Origin: a virus
Length of the DNA: 20,587 nucleotides
Reading direction: 5' to 3' (one strand)
Virus record (IMG/VR): IMGVR_UViG_3300021540_000078
The position numbers and the translations under genes were made by a program. Positions within the stretch are counted from its first letter, which is position 1; each line of letters opens with the position of its first letter. This document shows, in pieces, positions 9,761 through 18,620 of this stretch. The notes under the pieces are model-generated. The model searched no databases. It was not told the DNA's origin and saw only the letters and a list, made by a program, of their open reading frames with translations.

Positions 9761-12700
9761 GTGGATAATAATGTTATTAGGTCCTTTGCTATTGAATCTC
9801 GTAGGTCTATGATTGATAGTGTTAAATATCAAGCTAATTTGATTGGTATCAGTTGTGAAGGCATTAACAATCCTATTTCTAGAGCTGAAGGTATGGAAAC
9901 CTATGATTATGGTGCTGGAACACATTCTATTTATGATGAAGATATTAAAAAAAGAAATAATCTAGTTAAAGAAATAGAAAATAGAGGTTATGATGCGGTC
10001 ATAGAAGAAGTAGCTTATACTTGGTTTAATAGGATAATAGCTATTAGATTCCTCGAAGTAAATGATTATCTTCCAACAAGAACAAGAGTACTCTCCAGTG
10101 AAACTGGAGGAAAAACAGAACCTGACATTGTCACAGATGCATTAGAATTAGATTTGGATTATATTAATGAAGATAAACAAGTCATACTTCGCTTAAAAGA
10201 TGAAAATGAGTTAGATGAATTATTTCGATTTTTATTTATTAAGCAATGTAATAAATTAAATGATATACTCCCTGGTTTATTTAAAAAAACTGATGATTGG
10301 ATGGAATTGTTATTAAATATTAATTTTACAAGTGATGATGGAATAATAGCGAATTTAATTAATCAAATACCGGAAGAAGATTTTAGAGAACAAGTTGAAA
10401 TCATTGGTTGGTTATATCAATATTATAATACTGAACTTAAAGAAGATACATTTAAGCATATTAAAAAGAATAAGGTGCCTAAAGATAGAATCCCATCTGC
10501 CACTCAAATTTTCACTCCAGATTGGATAGTAAAATACATGGTTGAGAATAGTTTAGGTAAATTGTGGTTAGAAGAACATTTTGATTTAGAATTAAAAAAT
10601 AAATGGAGATATTATGTTGATTCTGTTCAAGATGATAAAATTAATCAAGTAGATAGTTTGCAAATTCCTAGAAATATAAAACTTGAAGAAATTAAAATTA
10701 TAGATCCATGTATGGGTTCTGGCCATATTTTAGTTTACGTTTTTGATGTATTGATGCAAATATATTTGTCATTAGGATATTCAAAATATGATGCTAGTGT
10801 TTTAATTCTAAATAATAATATCTATGGTTTAGATATTGATGATAGAGCATATCAACTTGCTTATTTTGCTATTATGATGAAAGCAAGACAATATAATAGA
10901 AATATTTTAAAAACAAATATCACCCCCAATATTTTTTCATTTACTGAATCCAATTATTTAAATGAAGAATTTATTTTTTCTCTTGTTAATAAAAATCCTA
11001 AATTAAAAGAAGAATTGTTTTATGTAAAAGAATTGTTTATTGATTCTAAAATTTATGGATCGTTTATTAAACCAAAAAAATTAGATTTAAACCAGATATT
11101 TTCATTAATTAATGAAATAAAATTTAATAAAACTAATTTTGACAATGTTGCATTTAAAAAGGATATTGATATATTAGAAGATATATTGAATCAAATTAAT
11201 ATTTTAAATAAAACTTATGATGTTGTAATAACCAACCCTCCTTATATGGGTAGTAAAAATATGGATAAAAAATTAAATGTCTTTTTAAAGAAAAATTATC
11301 CTAATTCTGATAGAGACCTTTATTCTTCATTCATTGAAAGAGGTTTTGAACTTACAAAAAATAATGGTTTTAATTGTATGGTAACGATGCAATCATGGAT
11401 GTTTACAGCCATATATGAAAATTTAAGAAGAAAAATATTAGAAAATTATACTATTGCTAATTTATTACATTTAGATAATAATGTGATGATTTCTTTTTCA
11501 ACGGCAGCGACAATATTTAAAAATCAATATTTAAAGAATTACGAAGGAATTTATAATTTTATAACTGTAAATGATTTAGATGAGAATAATGTACTTAAAG
11601 ACGACTATAATCTAAATAAAAAATGTTTCAAAGTTAAAAAGAATAGATTTTTTAATATTCCAAGATCTCCTATTGCATATTGGGTTGATGATAATTTAGT
11701 AAATTCTTTTGAATTGGGTGAACCCTTATCAAATTATGGGGAGTTGAAAATAGGTTTATCTACTTCAGATAATACTAGATTCTTACGACATTGGTATGAA
11801 GTATCTAATGTAAAATGTGACTTTTCAACTAACAAAAATAAAACTGATAGTCCCAACAAATGGTTCCCATTAAACAAAGGAGGCAGTTTCCGTAAATGGT
11901 ACGGTAACCATGATTATGTTATAAACTATGAAAATAATGGTTTTGAACTAAAGAATTTTGAAAAATCAGTAATGCGAAATCAAAAATTTTATTTTAAATC
12001 ATCAATTAGTTGGTCTAAAATATCTAAAAAAGTTGCATTTAGATATTATCCTGAAGGGTTCTTATTTGATACTGTTGGAAGTTCATTCTTTGTTGACAAT
12101 GATTTAAAAGATTATATTATTGGTTTTTTAAATTCTAATATGAGTCAAACATTACTTGACTTGTTAGCACCTACATTAAGTTTTACTATAAGCGATATTG
12201 CTTCATTGCCTTTAAAAATTGATTATTCGCATATGGGTGAAATTAAAAAATTAACTAAAATTAATAAAGAGATTTGTAAACATGATTGGGATGATTATGA
12301 ACTTAGTTGGAACTTCTTAAAACATCCTTTATTGAAATTTGATGGTAGTTTAAAAAATAGATTTATTTGTTGGGAAGAATTTAAAGAAACTAAATTTATT
12401 AATCTAAAAAATAATGAAATTAGATTAAATGAAATTTTTTCTGAAATTTATAATGTAAAAATTGATGTTAATGTAAAAACTGAAGATATATCCATTTCAT
12501 TAGCTAATTATGAAAAAGATATTAAATCATTTATTTCTTATGCTGTTGGTTGTATGTTTGGGCGTTATAGTTTAGATAACGAGGGATTACAATTTGCAGG
12601 AGGAAATTTTGATTTAACAAAATATTCTAAATTTGAACCCGATAATGACAATATTATTCCAGTTTTGGATACTGAATATTTTGAAGATGATATCGTTGGT

Positions 12701-13264
12701 CGTTTTGTAGAATTTGTTAAAATCTGTTTTGGAGAAGAAACCTTGGAAGAAAACTTAGATTTCATCGCAGGTGCTTTAAATAAAAAAGGAAAAACAAGTA
12801 GGGAAATAATTCGTAATTATTTCTTAACTGATTTCTTTAAAAATCATGTTCAAATATATCAAAAATGCCCTATTTACTGGATGTTTAATAGTGGTAAACA
12901 AAATGCATTTAATTGCTTAATTTATATGCATAGATATCAACCAGACCTTATTGCTCGTGTAAGAACAGATTATTTACATAAAACACAAAAAGCTATTGAA
13001 CAAAATGTGTCTCATTGCGATAATATAATTACTAATTCCACAAACAAATCAGAAGTTAGTAAAGCTACAAAGGACAAAAATAAATATATTAAACAATTAG
13101 ATGAGATTAAGGTTTATGATGAAGCTTTAAGACATATGGCTACTCAGAATATTGAAATTGATTTAGATGATGGTGTTAAAGTTAATTATGCTAAATTCCA
13201 AAAGATTGAAATATCAATTGAAGGAGAAAAACCTAAAAAGATTAATTTACTTAAAAATATTTAA
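9761..13264 (+). CDS. pglX: BREX-1 adenine-specific DNA methyltransferase PglX, copy 2 (full length)
   Basis: The ORF-track GTG at 9752 overlaps the RBS. GTG 9761 gives MDNNVIRSFAIESR. Same motifs: EEVAYTWFNR, DPCMGSGH, NPPY (11234-11245). No frameshift or internal stop. Confidence 0.96.
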   Translation: MDNNVIRSFAIESRRSMIDSVKYQANLIGISCEGINNPISRAEGMETYDYGAGTHSIYDEDIKKRNNLVKEIENRGYDAVIEEVAYTWFNRIIAIRFLEVNDYLPTRTRVLSSETGGKTEPDIVTDALELDLDYINEDKQVILRLKDENELDELFRFLFIKQCNKLNDILPGLFKKTDDWMELLLNINFTSDDGIIANLINQIPEEDFREQVEIIGWLYQYYNTELKEDTFKHIKKNKVPKDRIPSATQIFTPDWIVKYMVENSLGKLWLEEHFDLELKNKWRYYVDSVQDDKINQVDSLQIPRNIKLEEIKIIDPCMGSGHILVYVFDVLMQIYLSLGYSKYDASVLILNNNIYGLDIDDRAYQLAYFAIMMKARQYNRNILKTNITPNIFSFTESNYLNEEFIFSLVNKNPKLKEELFYVKELFIDSKIYGSFIKPKKLDLNQIFSLINEIKFNKTNFDNVAFKKDIDILEDILNQINILNKTYDVVITNPPYMGSKNMDKKLNVFLKKNYPNSDRDLYSSFIERGFELTKNNGFNCMVTMQSWMFTAIYENLRRKILENYTIANLLHLDNNVMISFSTAATIFKNQYLKNYEGIYNFITVNDLDENNVLKDDYNLNKKCFKVKKNRFFNIPRSPIAYWVDDNLVNSFELGEPLSNYGELKIGLSTSDNTRFLRHWYEVSNVKCDFSTNKNKTDSPNKWFPLNKGGSFRKWYGNHDYVINYENNGFELKNFEKSVMRNQKFYFKSSISWSKISKKVAFRYYPEGFLFDTVGSSFFVDNDLKDYIIGFLNSNMSQTLLDLLAPTLSFTISDIASLPLKIDYSHMGEIKKLTKINKEICKHDWDDYELSWNFLKHPLLKFDGSLKNRFICWEEFKETKFINLKNNEIRLNEIFSEIYNVKIDVNVKTEDISISLANYEKDIKSFISYAVGCMFGRYSLDNEGLQFAGGNFDLTKYSKFEPDNDNIIPVLDTEYFEDDIVGRFVEFVKICFGEETLEENLDFIAGALNKKGKTSREIIRNYFLTDFFKNHVQIYQKCPIYWMFNSGKQNAFNCLIYMHRYQPDLIARVRTDYLHKTQKAIEQNVSHCDNIITNSTNKSEVSKATKDKNKYIKQLDEIKVYDEALRHMATQNIEIDLDDGVKVNYAKFQKIEISIEGEKPKKINLLKNI

Positions 13265-13278
13265 ATGGAGCATTTATA

Positions 13279-15780
13279 ATGGATCTCAGTACTGTGGAAA
13301 ATAAAATTAATGAAATTATCTCAGATTCTGAATATAGGCAAATTATAATGTGGTATGATGAATCTGAAGAATTTAATGAAGAAATAAATAATATCAAATT
13401 AGATAATGCAGAATTATTTATTTTAGATGATGCAAATTGGATTTTTGCTAAATACTATATAGAATCTGAAAATCCGGATACTAATTTTTTAGTTTATGCT
13501 CCTTTTAGAAAACCATCTGATGATGATAATTTTTTGGCTGACATGACTCATTATGCAACTTTATTTTCTGCTGATAAGATTATTATACTTTGTCAAGAAT
13601 TAGAAATTGATTGTAATCGGTTTAAAAATGTTTTAAATTCATATTCTAAGTTTTGGAATGCTTCCTCTAGAATTAAAGCTTTTAAAGAGTTAAATATACA
13701 GGAATATACGAAAAATAGAATTGAATTAGGTATTTTAGCAGTTATTGCTAATGAAAAAACTCTTAATTTTGAATATATTGTTAGAAAAATTATTGTTAAA
13801 CATTTTGAAGGTGATGACTCTATAATTGATAATTATGCTAAATTTGATGTCTTAGATGTATTTTGGGAGTTAGTATATCAAAAGTTTGGTTATATTGAAG
13901 AAAATCCTACTGTGGGTAAATTTACTATTTCGTTAATATTAAATTATACTGCTAGTTTATTTGATGGAACCACTCCTAAATCTTGGAAGAGATTTTTAAT
14001 TGAAGATAAAAATAATCCACGGGTTTTTATTGATAATTTTATGAATAATACTAATTTTATAAGTGTTTTTAATAATGTTTCAACTATTTTAGAAGATAAA
14101 CTCAATATTGCTAATGATATTAAAAATCATAATGTTGACTCTTATATTAGATGTGATAGCTTTAAGGTTTTTGATAGAAAAATAGTTCATCATTATGTTA
14201 ATTTATTGTATGAAACTAAAGAAAAAATGGATTTTGATTTAATATTTGAACTTAGGAAAAAGGGCCATTTCTATGAAGACTTTGAAGATGAATATCAATT
14301 AATTTATTGGGCTAATGAATTTATTGGATTAATCAATGAGTTTCAACGTGAAATTTTACCTGATGATGTAAATGAGTTAATTGATTTATTTACTAATAAG
14401 TTTGTTAATGTAGATAGGACATATAGGAAGTTTTATTATCATTTTGATAGGATTGAGGATGCTGATTATATTGGAAATCTACAATTAATGATTGAAAATA
14501 TGTATTCTAATATATTTTTATTTGAAATAAATCCTAGATTTACTTCTTTAATAGATGATATAAATGATATTTCTCTTACTAAGCAATGGAGATTTTATAA
14601 GAATTACATTTTTAATAAAAAGACTAAAACTATTGTTATTATTTCAGATGCTTTAAGATATGGATGTGCGCTTGAATTAAAAGAGGAATTAGATAAAAAC
14701 CCTACCTGGACAAATGTTATACAGCCAATGTTATCCACTGTTCCTTCATATACTGCTTTAGGTATGGCAGCATTATTGCCTAATCAGGAAATAAAATACG
14801 AAGATGATAATATTTTAGTTGATGGTAATAAATGTAGATCTACTGAAGAGCGTGAAAAGGTATTAAAAGAATATAATCCAAATTCAATTGCAGTACAATT
14901 TGATTATATTAATTCATTAAAAAGACCTCAATTAAGAAGTTTAATAAAAGGTAAAGATTTAATATATGTTTATCATAATCAAATTGATGCAATAGGAGAT
15001 AATAGTTCTACAGAAAATGAAGTATTTAAAGCTTCACAAGAGGCAATTAATGAAATAATTGCCTTTACTAAAAATTTAATTAATTCAGCAAATATTTCAA
15101 GAGTTATTATCACAGCAGATCATGGATATATTTATAAAAGAGGTAATTTAGAAGATAGTAGTAAAGTTGATTTAGATACTATTGATGCTTTTTATAAAAA
15201 TAGGCGATTTTTACTTACAAATGATAAAACGGATATTCCTGGAACTAAATATTTCTCATTGGATTATATCAATAATGATGATATTTATGTGACTGTTCCT
15301 AAAGGAGTAAATGTATTTAAACTTCAAGGAGCGGGTCTAAATTATGTGCATGGTGGTTTGTCATTAGAAGAAGTTATTGTTCCAGTAATTGAAGTTAAGT
15401 CTAAACATGGTGATAGTGGTCAAAGACATGTTGAATTACAATTAATTAGTTCTAATAATAAAATAACTAACTATGATACAATGTTAACATTTTTCCAGAA
15501 AGAAAATGTTTCTAATACTATTTTAACTAGAGAATTTTCAATTTATTTTGAAGATGACAATGGAAATAAAATTTCTAATGAAGTACTAATTTTTGCCAAT
15601 AAAAATAGTGAATATGCGGAGGATAGACAATTTAAAGAGAAATTTACATTAAAAAGAATGAGCTATTCTAAAAATAAAAGGTATTATTTAATTATTAAAG
15701 ATACTACTGATGATTTAGAAGTGAACAGGCATGAATTTATGATTGATATAGCATTTCAAGATGGATTTGATTTCTTTTAG
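13279..15780 (+). CDS. pglZ: BREX-1 phosphatase-fold protein PglZ (type A), 833 aa
   Basis: N-terminal IIMWYDESEEF. Alkaline-phosphatase-superfamily PglZ motifs ISDALRY, PSYTALGMAALLP, YHNQIDAIGD, ITADHG, YVHGGLSLEE. GGAG RBS. Confidence 0.96.
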   Translation: MDLSTVENKINEIISDSEYRQIIMWYDESEEFNEEINNIKLDNAELFILDDANWIFAKYYIESENPDTNFLVYAPFRKPSDDDNFLADMTHYATLFSADKIIILCQELEIDCNRFKNVLNSYSKFWNASSRIKAFKELNIQEYTKNRIELGILAVIANEKTLNFEYIVRKIIVKHFEGDDSIIDNYAKFDVLDVFWELVYQKFGYIEENPTVGKFTISLILNYTASLFDGTTPKSWKRFLIEDKNNPRVFIDNFMNNTNFISVFNNVSTILEDKLNIANDIKNHNVDSYIRCDSFKVFDRKIVHHYVNLLYETKEKMDFDLIFELRKKGHFYEDFEDEYQLIYWANEFIGLINEFQREILPDDVNELIDLFTNKFVNVDRTYRKFYYHFDRIEDADYIGNLQLMIENMYSNIFLFEINPRFTSLIDDINDISLTKQWRFYKNYIFNKKTKTIVIISDALRYGCALELKEELDKNPTWTNVIQPMLSTVPSYTALGMAALLPNQEIKYEDDNILVDGNKCRSTEEREKVLKEYNPNSIAVQFDYINSLKRPQLRSLIKGKDLIYVYHNQIDAIGDNSSTENEVFKASQEAINEIIAFTKNLINSANISRVIITADHGYIYKRGNLEDSSKVDLDTIDAFYKNRRFLLTNDKTDIPGTKYFSLDYINNDDIYVTVPKGVNVFKLQGAGLNYVHGGLSLEEVIVPVIEVKSKHGDSGQRHVELQLISSNNKITNYDTMLTFFQKENVSNTILTREFSIYFEDDNGNKISNEVLIFANKNSEYAEDRQFKEKFTLKRMSYSKNKRYYLIIKDTTDDLEVNRHEFMIDIAFQDGFDFF

Positions 15781-15789
15781 GTGAGATTT

Positions 15790-17835
15790 ATGGTGGAATA
15801 TGATTTAGAAGATGATTTAAATACAAAACTAAAACATTACTTTGATGGTAAAATTGTAAGAAAAGATTTAACTAAAAGAGTTAAAGAAGGCGCTAATGTA
15901 CCTGTTTATGTTTTAGAATATTTATTAGGAAAGTATTGTTCTCAAGATGATGCTTTAGTTGAACAAGGTGTTCAAACAGTTAAAGATATTCTTGCAAATA
16001 ATTATGTTCGCCCAGATGAAGCTCAAAAAATATTATCTAAGCTAAAAGAGTATGGTTCTTATTCTATTATTGATGTTGTTACTGTCAGATTAGATTATAG
16101 TAATGATACGTATTATGCTGCATTTTCTAATTTAGGAATTGCAGGTATTCCTATTAATCCCGATTTTCCACAAAAATATGAAAGACTTTTAGGCGGAAAT
16201 TTATGGTGTATGGTTAATTTAGAATACCAATATGATGAGGCGGACCATAGATCTAACACTATCAAGATTAGAAACTTACAACCAATACAAATGCCAAATA
16301 TTGATTTAGATGATATTTTATTAAATAGAAAATACTTCAATAAAGAGGAATGGATAGATATTCTTTTAAGATCATGTGGTATGGAACCTACACAATTTGA
16401 GGAACGTGTAAAATGGTTATTAATTGCAAGATTAATTCCTTTAGTTGAAAATAACTTTAATTTATGTGAACTAGGTCCAAGAGGAACTGGTAAATCTCAT
16501 ATCTACAAGGAAATTTCTCCGAACTCAATTTTAGTCTCAGGTGGTCAAACAACCGTAGCCAACTTATTTTATAATATGAGAGATAGACAAATAGGTCTTG
16601 TTGGAATGTGGGATTGTGTTGCTTTTGATGAAGTAGCGGGAATTAAATTCAAAGACCAAGATGGAATAGCTATTATGAAAGACTTCATGGCATCTGGTTC
16701 ATTTTCTAGAGGTAAAGAAGAGAAAAATGCAAATGCATCTATGGTTTTTGTTGGAAATATTAATCAAAGTGTTGAGTCATTATTAAAGACATCTAGTTTA
16801 TTTGACCCATTCCCTTCTGAGATGGGTACTGACACTGCGTTCTTTGATAGAATGCATTGTTATATTCCGGGTTGGGAAATACCTAAATACCGACCCGAGT
16901 TCTTCACAAATGATTTTGGATTCATCACAGATTATCTGTCAGAATTCTTTAGAGAAATGAGAAAACGTTCTTTTTCTGATGCATATCAAGAATACTTTAG
17001 ATTAGGTCGTGATTTAAATCAAAGGGATACAATAGCTGTTAATCGTATGGTATCTGGACTTGTTAAGTTAATTTATCCTAATGGGGATTTTGATAAAGAG
17101 GATATTCGTGAAATATTAACTTTAGCATTAGAATCTAGAAGAAGAGTAAAAGAACAACTTAAAAAGATTGGTGGAATGGAATTTTATGATGTTAACTTTT
17201 CATACATTGATTTGGAGGAAAATAGAGATTATCCTGTAGGTGTTGAAGAACAAGCAAGCAGTACTATAATACCTGAAGGTGACCTAAAACCAGGACATTT
17301 GTATTCTGTTGGACCATCAGAAAGTGGAAAACTTGGTGCTTATAAATTTGAAACTGAAATGATGAATGGAACTGGTAAATTTACACCAAATGGTATAGGT
17401 TCTAAAAAAGAAGTTAATGAATCTGTAAAAATAGCTTATCAATATTTCAAGTCAAATGCAAGTTCAATTAGTGGACAGATTTCCTACAAGGATAAAGATT
17501 ATGTAATGCAGGTCAAAGATTTGCATGGTGTTGGGATGACAAATCAATTAACTTTAGCGACATTTATAGCATTATGTAGTGTCGCAACAAACAGACAAGT
17601 ATTACCTTCACTAGCTATATTGGGCAACTTTTCTTTAGGCGGGACTGTCGAAAAAGTGCAAAACCTAGCTGATGCACTCCAGGTTTGTTTGGATAGTGGG
17701 GCTAAAAAAGTATTAATTCCAATGAGTTCCTACGCAGATATTGGATTAGTACCTCCAGAATTATTCTCTAAATTTACAACTATACCATATAACACTCCTG
17801 AAGAAGCTGTTATGAAAGCATTTGGTGTGGAATAA
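15790..17835 (+). CDS. brxL: BREX-1 BrxL (AAA+ ATPase with C-terminal Lon-like domain)
   Basis: The ORF-track GTG at 15781 overlaps GGTGA; ATG 15790 is preferred. Motifs GKIVRKDL, ANVPVYVLEYLLG, Walker A GPRGTGKS (16474-16497), Walker B AFDEV, Lon-like C-terminus GAKKVLIP. Confidence 0.96.
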   Translation: MVEYDLEDDLNTKLKHYFDGKIVRKDLTKRVKEGANVPVYVLEYLLGKYCSQDDALVEQGVQTVKDILANNYVRPDEAQKILSKLKEYGSYSIIDVVTVRLDYSNDTYYAAFSNLGIAGIPINPDFPQKYERLLGGNLWCMVNLEYQYDEADHRSNTIKIRNLQPIQMPNIDLDDILLNRKYFNKEEWIDILLRSCGMEPTQFEERVKWLLIARLIPLVENNFNLCELGPRGTGKSHIYKEISPNSILVSGGQTTVANLFYNMRDRQIGLVGMWDCVAFDEVAGIKFKDQDGIAIMKDFMASGSFSRGKEEKNANASMVFVGNINQSVESLLKTSSLFDPFPSEMGTDTAFFDRMHCYIPGWEIPKYRPEFFTNDFGFITDYLSEFFREMRKRSFSDAYQEYFRLGRDLNQRDTIAVNRMVSGLVKLIYPNGDFDKEDIREILTLALESRRRVKEQLKKIGGMEFYDVNFSYIDLEENRDYPVGVEEQASSTIIPEGDLKPGHLYSVGPSESGKLGAYKFETEMMNGTGKFTPNGIGSKKEVNESVKIAYQYFKSNASSISGQISYKDKDYVMQVKDLHGVGMTNQLTLATFIALCSVATNRQVLPSLAILGNFSLGGTVEKVQNLADALQVCLDSGAKKVLIPMSSYADIGLVPPELFSKFTTIPYNTPEEAVMKAFGVE

Positions 17836-17846
17836 TATTTTCACAC

Positions 17847-17861
17847 TTTTCTATTTTTTTT
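17847..17861 (+). terminator. Oligo-T terminator candidate ending the BREX operon
   Basis: TTTTCTATTTTTTTT starting 12 nt after the brxL stop. Confidence 0.5.
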
Positions 17862-17980
17862 ATATGTTGATATAAATATTGTTCTAAGTCGGTAAAATTA
17901 CAAGTTGAAAGCAATAATGCCTTAGACTTATATCAAAAAGCATTTATATTCGTTTAATCAATTATTAAATAGTGATTAAT

Positions 17981-18379
17981 ATGAATAATGAAAAAATAAA
18001 AACTTATGATGAATGTAATGCTGATGAAAAAGAAGTGCTTGACAGCTTCAGAAAAATGAAGCTATTGTATGATCATGCTAGATTCAGATTACATAAAAAC
18101 AATGTTGAAGATTTAATTAATGATTATGAAACATTAATGAAATTGCGTGAAGATATCCAAGTAAAATACTTTTCAATTTATGAAGAACTTTTGAAAGAAG
18201 ATTTGATTGAAGGTGAACTGGATGCGAGTATCTGGGGAATTACAAGAGAACATGAAACTGATACTTGGGAGTCTGAATTGAGATTAATGAGTGATATTAA
18301 AACTAATTTTGATATTGCAATTAATATGATTGAAAGTGGTGAAGCTGAAAAGAGTATTATTGATGCTGAAAATTGGTAG
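17981..18379 (+). CDS. Hypothetical acidic, probably helical protein (132 aa)
   Basis: ORF track gives 17972. AGTGA at 17971-17975 looks like the RBS, so ATG 17981 is preferred. Stand-alone gene flanked by T-tracts. Hand count 33 D/E vs 17 K/R. Confidence 0.8.
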   Translation: MNNEKIKTYDECNADEKEVLDSFRKMKLLYDHARFRLHKNNVEDLINDYETLMKLREDIQVKYFSIYEELLKEDLIEGELDASIWGITREHETDTWESELRLMSDIKTNFDIAINMIESGEAEKSIIDAENW

Positions 18380-18384
18380 GTATA

Positions 18385-18392
18385 TTTTTTTT
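18385..18392 (+). terminator. Oligo-T terminator candidate
   Basis: T8 run 6 nt after the stop at 18379. Confidence 0.45.
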
Positions 18393-18450
18393 ATGTAATT
18401 TAATTCTTAATTTCAATTATATATAATATAAACACACAATATTGTATTGT

Positions 18451-18493
18451 AAAACGAAAAAACATGGTTTGGTCGCTTCTGTTTTTTAGTTTT
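18451..18493. repeat. Imperfect inverted repeat (13/14 bp arms, 15-nt loop)
   Basis: AAAACGAAAAAACA (18451-18464) vs TGTTTTTTAGTTTT (18480-18493). Confidence 0.7.
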
Positions 18494-18503
18494 CACTAAA
18501 ATA

Positions 18504-18573
18504 GGAAAAATAAGTCAATAATTACTTTTTTTCAAACTGTTCTGTTCTAACCCTTGTCTTGACTTATTTTTCC
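18504..18573. repeat. Perfect 15-bp inverted repeat with 40-nt spacer
   Basis: GGAAAAATAAGTCAA (18504-18518) is the exact reverse complement of TTGACTTATTTTTCC (18559-18573). Confidence 0.9.
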
Positions 18574-18620
18574 AGTACTCCTTTTTTGTGCCGATGAAAG
18601 TAAAAGTCGGTGATAATTTT

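Noticed and set aside
12858-12882. KRPIYW changed to KCPIYW in PglX copy 2 as a sign of inactivation
   Set aside because: It is a single substitution outside the SAM and catalytic motifs, and the rest of the gene is intact. This is not enough to call a pseudogene.
12565-16340. Minus-strand ORFs 12565..12765 and 16113..16340
   Set aside because: They lie wholly antisense to conserved parts of pglX2 and brxL.
17515-17720. BrxL Lon-like domain lacks the Ser-Lys dyad (GPSAG reads GMTNQ; GGLKEK reads QNLADA)
   Set aside because: Seen in the sequence, but a non-proteolytic Lon-like domain is already described for BrxL, so it is not novel.
17878-17935. Partial inverted repeat TGATATAA..CTAAG / CTTAG..TTATATCA upstream of the acidic gene
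   Set aside because: The arms need gaps to align and are short and AT-rich, so chance cannot be excluded.
18590-18612. CCGATGA...TCGG resembling a hammerhead ribozyme core
   Set aside because: It does not match CUGANGA, lacks the required three-stem arrangement, and has only a 4-5 bp stem.
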